Source of the DNA: Patescibacteria group bacterium
Lineage (GTDB): Bacteria; Patescibacteriota; Microgenomatia; UBA1400; PJMF01
DNA: 64,000 nt
Direction: 5' to 3'
Assembly: GCA_049322655.1 (NCBI GenBank)
Contig: JBMORP010000006.1
Coordinates: 256,410 to 320,409, forward strand
Below the pieces are notes generated by a model that was given only the letters and a program-made list of their open reading frames with translations, was not told where the DNA came from and searched no databases. A program made the position numbers and the translations under genes. Each line of letters starts with the position of its first letter. Position 1 is the stretch's first letter. This document shows, piece by piece, positions 55,966-64,000 of the stretch.

Positions 55966-57045
55966 CTATCTAGTGAAAGCTTCAACAGATCTGGCCATTG
56001 CCTGATTAAAAACACTTCCTTCTAGATCATGGCCACCACTAGGATACTCAAATAATTTTAAATTAACAGAAGAGTCTTGGAGAAGTGCTACTAAATTTCG
56101 ACTATAAGCGATTGATACTGTTTGATCATCAACTGCGTGATGTAACTGAATTTCTCCAGGATAATTTTTTAACCAAGATATTGGAGAAACCAATTGCCAA
56201 AACTTACTGCCAGAATCTAATTCACCAACTTTGGCAAAAAGGTCTGCTCTACTTGGTTGATGTTCTCTAGGTAAATCTTCCCTACGAAAACTACTATCAT
56301 TAATACCATACTCACGCATATCTGAGTAACTATAAACAGCCCCAGCCCAAATTACGCCTGCTTTAATATTGGGATTAACCGCAATAGATCTAGCAACTAT
56401 GTTGCCAGCCATACTGTGACCCCACAAACTAATTTTTTCTGCAGCCACTTCGGGCAAAGTCTTAATGCTTTCAACTGCATTTAAAACATCTAACACATAG
56501 TCATTAGAAAAATAGGCGCCAGCAGCTTCTCCCTCTGATTGATCATGACCTCTCAGATCTAACTTAAAAACTATCAAACCACTACTGGCCAAATAATCAA
56601 CATAATCTAAATAGCGTTGATTGGTTTTATAAATCTGGGGAGGAATATAGCCATGAATAAAAATTACTGCAGGAGTCGAACTCAGTTGTGCACCATCAGG
56701 TATCGTTAACAAACCATAAATCCTATAACCCTCAGCAAGATACGAAGCCCGATATTCGGTGTAATTACTTTTTTTAGCCACAGTTTCTTCAATTTTCAAA
56801 GGACTACGATCCAAAGGGATCGTTTTAATAACAGGAATAGTTAGTTCAGCAAACTCACCATATTCAGCTGTTATTTTTTCAGCTGCTGTAGTTAATTCTG
56901 CTGGTTGGTTTTCTATCAAAGTAGAGTTTTTAGTTAATAAAGCGGTTTGGTATTGAGCAACAAAAAATCTATAACTTAAAAATGAGGAACCAAAAAATAA
57001 AAAAACAATCAACCAATTTTTTTTCTGGAAAAAGAACTGCACCAA
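55966..57045 (-). CDS. membrane-anchored alpha/beta hydrolase (S9-like)
   Basis: HGY, DLRGH, GHSMAG, D..V and GGH. GTG at 57042 is the likely start. Confidence 0.88.
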   Translation of the reverse strand: MVQFFFQKKNWLIVFLFFGSSFLSYRFFVAQYQTALLTKNSTLIENQPAELTTAAEKITAEYGEFAELTIPVIKTIPLDRSPLKIEETVAKKSNYTEYRASYLAEGYRIYGLLTIPDGAQLSSTPAVIFIHGYIPPQIYKTNQRYLDYVDYLASSGLIVFKLDLRGHDQSEGEAAGAYFSNDYVLDVLNAVESIKTLPEVAAEKISLWGHSMAGNIVARSIAVNPNIKAGVIWAGAVYSYSDMREYGINDSSFRREDLPREHQPSRADLFAKVGELDSGSKFWQLVSPISWLKNYPGEIQLHHAVDDQTVSIAYSRNLVALLQDSSVNLKLFEYPSGGHDLEGSVFNQAMARSVEAFTR

Positions 57046-57189
57046 AATAGTCTAACAAAAAAGAAACAATTAGTTATTAAGATATCTAACAAATAGTTAT
57101 GTTTACTAAAAAAAATCTTTTTTCAAGTTAATTTAAAGTAATCTAGATTAGCAATTAAATAAATTTTTGTTATAAAATAGAAATTAATT

Positions 57190-57342
57190 ATGCGAAAAAA
57201 GAAAGCTAGAAAAGCCAACGAACCAAATCAAAGTAAAATATCTAGTAATAACAACCCTGGAATATTGCCCCAATTTAAACAAAAAATTAATCAAAGAAAC
57301 TTTAGAGCAGCTAGTATCTTCATGCCTAGAAGACCTAAATAA
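57190..57342 (+). CDS. small basic 50-aa protein (not in ORF track)
   Basis: MRKKKARKANEPNQSKISSNNNPGILPQFKQKINQRNFRAASIFMPRRPK; open frame in an AT-rich gap, with TAAAAT upstream. Confidence 0.45.
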   Translation: MRKKKARKANEPNQSKISSNNNPGILPQFKQKINQRNFRAASIFMPRRPK

Positions 57343-57430
57343 AAATTTTAACTCTTTTAATTCATGCGACGGCTTTTTTTTGAGAAGTAATAAATGTACA
57401 ATGAGTTTAAAGTAATATTAGGAGGAAAAA

Positions 57431-58240
57431 ATGGAACTTCAGCCAAATAGTAATCTGTTAAACTTATCAGGTAAAACTGCAATCGTTACTGGAGGAGCTT
57501 TGGGAATTGGGTTTGGAATTGCTTACCGGTTAGCTGAAGCAGGCGCTAATGTTGTCATCGCCAACCGCAACCAAGAGGACGCTCAACAAGCTGTGCAAAC
57601 CTTAAAAAATAATGGTTGGTCAGCCGAAGCAGTTACTACTGATGTCTCAGTTGAAGATCAGGTCAAAAACTTAGTACAAAAAACAGTAGCATTATTTGGG
57701 AGCATAGATATCTTGGTCAATAATGCAGGAATTTTCCCTTCTATTCCCTTGGCTAAAATGACCAATGCAGACTTTTCCAAAGTAATTGAGATTAATCTCA
57801 AGGGTGTATTTTTGTGCACCAAATATGCCTCAGAGCAAATGATTCAACAAGGCAAAGGAGGAAAAATCATTAACATTACTTCCATTGATGCTCTTCACCC
57901 ATCAAGCATCGGTTTAGCTCATTATGATGCTTCAAAACATGGTGTTTGGGGATTCACCAAAAATGTTGCCTTAGAACTTGCTCAACACCAAATCTGGGTA
58001 AATGCTATTGCTCCTGGTGGAGTAGCTACTCCAGGTGTACAAAAAATGCAGGCCCAAGCACCTGTCGATCCAGCAATCGATATGACCAAAGTTATGGAAG
58101 CTTTCTTAGCCAAAATTCCAATGCATCGCATGGGCGAACCTGACGATATTGGGAAAGTGGCTTTATTTTTAGCTTCAGAGATGTCCTCTTACATGACTGG
58201 CGAACAAATTGTCGTCGATGGAGGCGCGCTGTTGTCCTAA
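57431..58240 (+). CDS. SDR family oxidoreductase
   Basis: TGGALGIG, NNAG, YDASK, NAIAPG, DGG; SD AGGAGG. Confidence 0.95.
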   Translation: MELQPNSNLLNLSGKTAIVTGGALGIGFGIAYRLAEAGANVVIANRNQEDAQQAVQTLKNNGWSAEAVTTDVSVEDQVKNLVQKTVALFGSIDILVNNAGIFPSIPLAKMTNADFSKVIEINLKGVFLCTKYASEQMIQQGKGGKIINITSIDALHPSSIGLAHYDASKHGVWGFTKNVALELAQHQIWVNAIAPGGVATPGVQKMQAQAPVDPAIDMTKVMEAFLAKIPMHRMGEPDDIGKVALFLASEMSSYMTGEQIVVDGGALLS

Positions 58241-58284
58241 AAACAGAATTTAAAAATAATCTGCAAAAGCTTTTAACACTAAAT

Positions 58285-58512
58285 TTAAAATTTTTTCAAC
58301 CTAAAAAGACCTTTTTTAGGTTTATAAACTTGGTCTGGATATTTTTCTAAAAGCTTCCACACACAACCATTAATAGTTTTGGGGTGAAAGGCTGGATAGG
58401 TTTCTTCTAACTTAGTTTTCAAATCTGTCCAACTCAAACCGGCTGGATACTGTTCTAACAATTCCAAAGCTTTAGCATTAATCTGACCAGTAATAGTAAG
58501 TTTCTTAATCAT
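58285..58512 (-). CDS. small hypothetical protein (wHTH-like)
   Basis: 75 aa; helix-helix-wing pattern ending YKPKKGLFRL. Confidence 0.65.
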   Translation of the reverse strand: MIKKLTITGQINAKALELLEQYPAGLSWTDLKTKLEETYPAFHPKTINGCVWKLLEKYPDQVYKPKKGLFRLKKF

Positions 58513-58536
58513 ATAGCTAAAAAACCTTTTTAATAA

Positions 58537-58782
58537 TTACTCTTCCACTTTATAGCCCAAAGCCTCAATCGTTTTTTTAATTTTTTCTAAATTAACTTTT
58601 TCTGAATCATATTCCACTTTAGTCTCTGCTTTGGCATAGCTAGTAGTGGCACTGTTTACTCCCGTTAAATCTTCAAGCTCACCATCAATACTCATACTAC
58701 AGCTAGTACAATGCATGCCATTAATCCTCAAAGTAGCTACTGTTCCAGCTTGATTTTTATTTTTTTTAAAAAAATTTAACAT
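58537..58782 (-). CDS. copZ: heavy-metal-associated (CopZ-like) chaperone
   Basis: GMHCTSC HMA motif, LGY. Confidence 0.88.
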   Translation of the reverse strand: MLNFFKKNKNQAGTVATLRINGMHCTSCSMSIDGELEDLTGVNSATTSYAKAETKVEYDSEKVNLEKIKKTIEALGYKVEE

Positions 58783-58786
58783 ATAG

Positions 58787-59899
58787 TTAGATAACCTCCA
58801 TAATACCTGTGTACATTCCCATCGAACAAGAAAAAGTAAATTTACCTTTTCTGGTTGGGGTAAAAGTGAAACTTTGCGTATCAGTAGATTTTAAATAAGT
58901 ATTAATACCAAATTCCCTAAAAACAAAAGCCAAAGCACAAGAGTAAGTATTGTTACTTTGTAGGGTCATTTCTACTGGTACACCACTTTTCACTTTAATA
59001 TAGTTAGGTTGATAACCACGACTCAAAACATCTATTTTTATTTGTTGAACACCATTTTTTACACCAACACTATTGCCAGCCTGTTCAAATCTATCTGCAG
59101 AAAAAAAATAAGTAATTGGTTGAACAATTTTATTGAGTGTAAGCGGTGAATCAACTACTAATAAAACTCCATTAACACTATAAACAGCCATACCAATGAG
59201 AACGGTTGCCGCAAGCTTAGTAAATTTTTGATACCAACCCTCACTAAGCTTAGCTGTGGCTACACCCAAAATAGCAAATAATGGAGAAGTCCCCAAAATG
59301 AAAGTAAACATAATTGCTGCGCCAACAAAAGGATTGCCAGAGTTAATGGCTAATACCTCCATCGCTTGAGTTACTCCACAAGGAATAAAAATCGTCATCA
59401 AGCCCAATACGGCTGGAGCAAATAAAGCCTGACTTTTACTTGTTCCCCTAATTAATCTTTGAAGAAACTTGGGTGGTTGAAAAGCTAAATGACGAAAAAT
59501 AGGGTGAACATCCAATAAGTTCATGGCTGTGGCAAACATAAAAACAGCAGTGAAAACTTGAAAAGTTAATCTCATGCCTAAACTTAAAGTTATGGTTGAA
59601 CCAAGCAAACCTAGTAAAAAACCCAAAATGGTGTGAGCAACTAACTTAGCCAATAAAAACATCAAGACTGGCAACCAGTCTAATTGATCGAAAGACTGTA
59701 AAGAAAAACTATTTTCTTGTAAAGATTTTAAATATTTTTCTTTCCTCTTGGCTTTTTCTTTAACTTTGTTGTCATCAACTTCATCACGTTCTTGTTCTTT
59801 TTGGTTGGCAACCACACTAGCCAACAAGCCACCTTGCATCGCTAAACAAGATAACCCTCCTGTAGTTAAACCTGTTAGAAAAATAACTAATAAATCCAT
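58787..59899 (-). CDS. DsbD_2/TauE-like membrane protein fused to a cupredoxin-like domain
   Basis: SCLAMQGGL, FIPCG, LGT; C-terminal GYQP, YSC and FSCSMGMY. Confidence 0.85.
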   Translation of the reverse strand: MDLLVIFLTGLTTGGLSCLAMQGGLLASVVANQKEQERDEVDDNKVKEKAKRKEKYLKSLQENSFSLQSFDQLDWLPVLMFLLAKLVAHTILGFLLGLLGSTITLSLGMRLTFQVFTAVFMFATAMNLLDVHPIFRHLAFQPPKFLQRLIRGTSKSQALFAPAVLGLMTIFIPCGVTQAMEVLAINSGNPFVGAAIMFTFILGTSPLFAILGVATAKLSEGWYQKFTKLAATVLIGMAVYSVNGVLLVVDSPLTLNKIVQPITYFFSADRFEQAGNSVGVKNGVQQIKIDVLSRGYQPNYIKVKSGVPVEMTLQSNNTYSCALAFVFREFGINTYLKSTDTQSFTFTPTRKGKFTFSCSMGMYTGIMEVI

Positions 59900-59912
59900 A
59901 ATTTTCTCCTTG

Positions 59913-62129
59913 TTATAATTTAATGCTCTTTAACCTCAAAGCATTTAATACCACACTTACACTTGAAAAAGCCATAGCTGCCCCAGCCATCATTGGATTC
60001 AACAGTACCCCAAAAGGCCAATACAATACTCCCATCGCCACTGGAATTAATAACACGTTGTAACCAAAAGCCCAAAACAGGTTTTGGCTGATATTCCTCA
60101 TCGTCGCTTTGGAAAGTTTGATGGCGGTTGGTACCAAACCGATATCACTTCGTAACAAAGTTACTCCAGCTGACTCAATCGCCACATCGGTGCCTCCACC
60201 CATTGCAATCCCCACATCAGCCGCAGCTAGTGCCGGAGCATCATTAATACCATCACCAACCATTGCGACCACTCCAAAATCTTTTCTTAATTGTCGCACC
60301 ACTCGTTCCTTATCTTTTGGCAAAACTTCAGCCACCACTTCATCTATGCCCAATTTATCAGCAATAATTTTGGCAGTTGTTTGGTTATCACCGGTTAACA
60401 TCACGGTTCTAATATTTTCCTCTTTTAATGAATCAATTACTGTAACAGAATTAACTTTTTCTTTATCAGCAATACCCAATATTGCTACTAGTTTTTTAGC
60501 TATCACCACCAGCACTAAAGTCTGGCCATTATTTTTTAATGAATCCACTTTTTCTTGCTCAGCAACAGTCAATTTAACTTTCAACTCTGTCAATAATTTT
60601 TCATTACCCACAGCCACTTGCTTACCATCAACTTGAGCAATCACTCCTTTACCGCCAATATCTTTAAAATCAGTCACTTCACTAAGCTTAACTTTTGGTT
60701 TGAGTAGTTTATCTGCATACTCAGTCAGGGCCGTAGCTAATGGATGATGAGATAATTCTTCAACTTTTTTAATCACTGCCAAAACTTGTTGCTGATTAGT
60801 TGTCATAAAATCAGCTTGCTGAACACGAGGTTTACCTTCTGTTAAGGTGCCGGTTTTATCAAATACAACTGTCTTAACCTTATTAGCCACTTCTAAAGCC
60901 TGAGCATCTTTAATTAAAACTCCCAATTTTGCTCCTTTACCAATCCCCACCATTAATGAAGTCGGTGTTGCTAAACCCAAAGCACATGGACAAGCAATAA
61001 TTAACACATTAATCATGCTCACCAAAGCAAATAATAACCTTGGCTCTGGACCAAAGATCAGCCACCCTACAAAAGTCAAAATTGCTAAAATAATCACTGT
61101 AGGCACAAAATAAGAAGAAATTTTGTCAACTAAAGCCTGAATTTGTGGTCTAGAACCTTGAGCTTCTTTGACCAAACGAATAATACTAGCCAACATGGTT
61201 TCATTGCCCACTTTGGTTGCCTTGATTTCAATACTACCTGATTGGTTGATAGTAGCGCCTACTACTTCATCCTTAACCATTTTCGTAACAGGCAAACTTT
61301 CTCCAGTAACCATACTTTCATCTAATGAAGTTTCACCTTTGATAATCACCCCATCAACTGGAACTTTTTGACCAGGTTTAACTAATAACACATCACCAAT
61401 TTGCACTTGATCAATTGGTACTTCCACCCATTGATTTTTTTTCTTCAACCAAGCAGTTTTGGCCTGTAAATTAAGTAACTCTTTAATCGCTGCTGAAGTT
61501 TTGGCTTTAGCTCTAATTTCCAGAAATTTACCCAATAAAATAAAAGTAATAATGGCAGCCGCTGCCTCAAAATAAACATGAGTATCAAGCCCATGACTCA
61601 TAAACCATTCTTCCCAAAGAGTCACGATTACTGAATAAAAATAAGCCACTGAAGTGCCTAGTACCACTAAAGTATCCATATTAGTAGTTTTATTTTTTAA
61701 ACTAGACCAAGCTCCTTGGTAAAATCTACTACCAGCCCAAAATTGAACTGGGGTAGCTATCAACCATTGGAACCAAGGGTTATAAAAAATAGCAGGTAGA
61801 TTGGGCAACATCCCAGAAAGCAAAACAGTAGAGAATACCCCACCTACTAGCAACTTATTTTTCATCAACTTTAACTCTTTAGCTCGCTCTTGTTCTTGAA
61901 TATCTTCATCTACTTCCAAATGTGCCATGTAGCCCAAAGAATTAACGGCTGCAACTAAATCGGTTGTCGCAGCTTGATTATCATCAAACACTACAGTCGC
62001 CTGCTCATTAGCATAATTAACATTAGCTTCAATCACCCCTTTAGTTTTGGTTAACTTTCTGGTGGTGTTACTAGCACAACTGACACAATGCATCCCAGAA
62101 ACATGAAAAGATATGGTTTGCTTAGACAT
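59913..62129 (-). CDS. copA: copper-translocating P1B-type ATPase
   Basis: [45 protein letters not shown]. Confidence 0.95.
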   Translation of the reverse strand: MSKQTISFHVSGMHCVSCASNTTRKLTKTKGVIEANVNYANEQATVVFDDNQAATTDLVAAVNSLGYMAHLEVDEDIQEQERAKELKLMKNKLLVGGVFSTVLLSGMLPNLPAIFYNPWFQWLIATPVQFWAGSRFYQGAWSSLKNKTTNMDTLVVLGTSVAYFYSVIVTLWEEWFMSHGLDTHVYFEAAAAIITFILLGKFLEIRAKAKTSAAIKELLNLQAKTAWLKKKNQWVEVPIDQVQIGDVLLVKPGQKVPVDGVIIKGETSLDESMVTGESLPVTKMVKDEVVGATINQSGSIEIKATKVGNETMLASIIRLVKEAQGSRPQIQALVDKISSYFVPTVIILAILTFVGWLIFGPEPRLLFALVSMINVLIIACPCALGLATPTSLMVGIGKGAKLGVLIKDAQALEVANKVKTVVFDKTGTLTEGKPRVQQADFMTTNQQQVLAVIKKVEELSHHPLATALTEYADKLLKPKVKLSEVTDFKDIGGKGVIAQVDGKQVAVGNEKLLTELKVKLTVAEQEKVDSLKNNGQTLVLVVIAKKLVAILGIADKEKVNSVTVIDSLKEENIRTVMLTGDNQTTAKIIADKLGIDEVVAEVLPKDKERVVRQLRKDFGVVAMVGDGINDAPALAAADVGIAMGGGTDVAIESAGVTLLRSDIGLVPTAIKLSKATMRNISQNLFWAFGYNVLLIPVAMGVLYWPFGVLLNPMMAGAAMAFSSVSVVLNALRLKSIKL

Positions 62130-62604
62130 ACTTAGTTGGATCCTGTTGAAATAACTTCATACAACCACTGGCACAAAAATAATAAGTTTGATGATCATGA
62201 TCACAACTAAAGCCAGCCGTTTTGGGAGAAATTCTCATCCGACAAACAGGATCATGAACTAAAGGCACTAAGTCGTTGATTTTCATCATCGCCTCCTTAG
62301 TAGATTGACCACTTTCGACTAATTGCTGAATAGTAATCTCTCGCATTAAATCACTGGCTTGAATAAACTTTTTATCAGCTAAGGAATAAAAGACCTGTTT
62401 ACCATCACGACGAGTTTTAACAATGCCAGTATCACGCAATAACATCAGATGTTGGCTAATGTTAGCCTGTGGTAAATCAAGCATTTGGTGAATATCACTG
62501 ACTGATAACTCTTGGTCTCTAATCAGATGAATAATTTCTAAACGCTTGGGATGAGCCAAAGCTTTTAATAACTGTGCATGTAATGCAAATACTTCAGAAT
62601 ACAT
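62122..62604 (-). CDS. ArsR/SmtB repressor fused to a C-terminal YHS/TRASH domain
   Basis: [24 protein letters not shown]...YYFCASGC. Start moved to ATG 62604. Confidence 0.9.
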   Translation of the reverse strand: MYSEVFALHAQLLKALAHPKRLEIIHLIRDQELSVSDIHQMLDLPQANISQHLMLLRDTGIVKTRRDGKQVFYSLADKKFIQASDLMREITIQQLVESGQSTKEAMMKINDLVPLVHDPVCRMRISPKTAGFSCDHDHQTYYFCASGCMKLFQQDPTKYV

Positions 62605-62623
62605 ATTCGATATTATGAATATG
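62602..62623. promoter_or_regulatory. putative ArsR operator
   Basis: Inverted repeat CATATTC-N8-GAATATG spanning the start and -10 region of the arsR-YHS gene. Confidence 0.6.
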
Positions 62624-62654
62624 TTTTTAAATGATGCAAGTGGGAAAATCATGT

Positions 62655-62701
62655 TTGACAAATCAACTCAATAGTTATATTATGAATATATATTCATAAT
62701 A
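62655..62701 (+). promoter_or_regulatory. sigma70 promoter with a perfect 24-bp palindromic operator
   Basis: TTGACA(62655)-17 nt-TATTAT(62678); palindrome TATTATGAATATATATTCATAATA (62678-62701). Confidence 0.75.
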
Positions 62702-62718
62702 ATAAGAAAGGAGAACCT

Positions 62719-62826
62719 ATGCCAAATAGAGATGGTACCGGCCCAAATGGTAAAGGACCTAGGACTGGTCGTAAAATGGGGAGCTGTAAACCAAAAATAA
62801 ATTCACCTAAAAAAAGTAAAAAATAA
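62719..62826 (+). CDS. DUF5320-family small protein (not in ORF track)
   Basis: MPNRDGTGPNGKGPRTGRKMGSC... (35 aa); SD AAGGAG; precedes the DUF134 gene. Confidence 0.8.
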   Translation: MPNRDGTGPNGKGPRTGRKMGSCKPKINSPKKSKK

Positions 62827-62843
62827 TTTTTAAATAGATTTTT

Positions 62844-63119
62844 ATGCCAAGACCTAAAAAGCTTCGTAGATTGAGATTTGATCCAAATGTTATTTACTTC
62901 AAACCAAGAGGTGTTCCCTTAAGCGAACTTGAAGAAGTGATTTTGGAGACAGATGAAATAGAGGCCTTAAAATTGCATGATGTTAATCAACTCAATCAAA
63001 ATAAAGCTGCTAAAGAAATGAAAATTTCTCAACCAACTTTTACCAGAATTTTAAACTCTGCTTATAAAAAATTGGCTGACGGGATTATTAATGGCAAAGC
63101 CATTAGAATTAAAAAATAA
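62844..63119 (+). CDS. DUF134 (UPF0251) HTH regulator
   Basis: MPRPKK.R, YFKPRG, EIEALKL.D, MKISQPTF.RIL, GKAIRI. Confidence 0.92.
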   Translation: MPRPKKLRRLRFDPNVIYFKPRGVPLSELEEVILETDEIEALKLHDVNQLNQNKAAKEMKISQPTFTRILNSAYKKLADGIINGKAIRIKK

Positions 63120-63126
63120 GAAAAAT

Positions 63127-64000
63127 TTATTTTGTTAAAGGAAGCGAAAAAGCAAAAACACTTCCCTTTCCTAGTTTTGATTCAACTAACTTTAAATCAC
63201 CCCTCATATTTTGACAAATTTGCTTAGAAATATATAAACCAAGACCTGTTCCAGCTTGTCTCATCTTACCAGTATCAAATTGTTTAAATTTTTCAAAAAG
63301 CTTATCCTTATCTGAATCTTTAATTCCAACTCCAGTATCAGCAACATAAACAAAAGCATGAGTATCGTCTTTCTTAGTAGTAATCGTAATCTTACCTTTA
63401 GTTGTAAATTTCAAAGCATTACCTAATAAATTATTAAGTATTTGAGAGACTTTATCTCTATCTGCTTCTACTACCAAATCTGTCAACGCTATAAATTCTA
63501 AAGAAAGATTCTTTTCTTGAGCCACTATGTTTAACAACTTAGCTTGTTCTTGAATAAGTTCTTTTAAGTTAAATTTAGAAAAATTATATTCCAGCTTACC
63601 AGCTTCAATTCTAGAAACGTTCAACATATCATTTACTAAATTAATTAATCTTTTACTTGAACTTTTAACATCCTTAAGTGGCTCTTGGATATTTTTAGCA
63701 ACTTTTCCATAGTCTCCATCAATGATCATACTAATCAAACCATCAATTGCTGTTAATGGAGTTCTCAACTCATGAGAAGCTACAGAAACAAACTCATCTT
63801 TCATCCTAGCTAGATCTTTTTCTTGAGTGATATCTCTTTCTATACCAACAAAAAATAGAATTTTTCCTCGGTCATCAAAAACTGGGGCAATTTTAATCTC
63901 TGCTTCATAAATAGTTCCATTCTTACGCTTATTAACCAATTGACCTGAATAATTTTGTTTCTTATTTTTGATAATATCCCACATGTTCTGATAAAAAGAA
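63127..64000 (-). CDS. PAS-domain sensor histidine kinase (N-terminus outside the window)
   Basis: PAC motif NKRKNG...RDIT, SHELRTP, GNALKF, DTGVG, GTGLGL; frame is open to the window edge. Confidence 0.93.
   Translation of the reverse strand, partial: SFYQNMWDIIKNKKQNYSGQLVNKRKNGTIYEAEIKIAPVFDDRGKILFFVGIERDITQEKDLARMKDEFVSVASHELRTPLTAIDGLISMIIDGDYGKVAKNIQEPLKDVKSSSKRLINLVNDMLNVSRIEAGKLEYNFSKFNLKELIQEQAKLLNIVAQEKNLSLEFIALTDLVVEADRDKVSQILNNLLGNALKFTTKGKITITTKKDDTHAFVYVADTGVGIKDSDKDKLFEKFKQFDTGKMRQAGTGLGLYISKQICQNMRGDLKLVESKLGKGSVFAFSLPLTK

Noticed and set aside
60109-60636. 175-aa plus-strand ORF and similar antisense ORFs (e.g. 19019-19405, 19706-20041, 49013-49402, 5084-5332, 10110-10667)
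   Set aside because: Antisense frames of conserved genes with no independent motifs.
1-64000. Prophage, IS element, integron or known defence system
   Set aside because: No integrase, transposase, phage structural, cas, restriction-modification or reverse transcriptase motifs were recognised in any ORF.

Overview
AT-rich bacterial chromosomal segment using standard code 11 (TGA is used as a stop). Gene content and style (salvage and fermentation genes, many membrane-anchored or secreted proteins, tRNA-Arg(GCG), many apparently leaderless genes) suggest a Patescibacteria/CPR organism, probably Microgenomates; this is inference. There are about 65 densely packed CDS: csoR-like/trxA/trxB, dnaG, xseAB, upp, malic enzyme, rarA, gpmI, eno, rluB, queA, guaB/C-like, ktrAB, an OmpR two-component system, dipZ/ccdA redox genes and a copA copper operon. 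There are two tRNAs (Ser-CGA, Arg-GCG) and one pseudogene. No transposase, integrase, CRISPR array or prophage was seen. The most notable signals are: (1) an unannotated ~190-nt, GC-enriched, multi-hairpin RNA candidate downstream of tRNA-Arg, bounded by a degenerate copy of the tRNA T-arm; (2) a promoter-uORF-terminator leader in front of a 676-aa tandem metallophosphoesterase; (3) a fused double ATP-grasp ligase; (4) a minimal [FeFe]-hydrogenase-like H-domain paired with an ECF S-component-like protein; (5) a MsrQ-like/2x cytochrome b5/CcdA heme module; (6) a CstR-like repressor with a perfect operator in front of trxAB; (7) several readable operators and three unannotated small ORFs.
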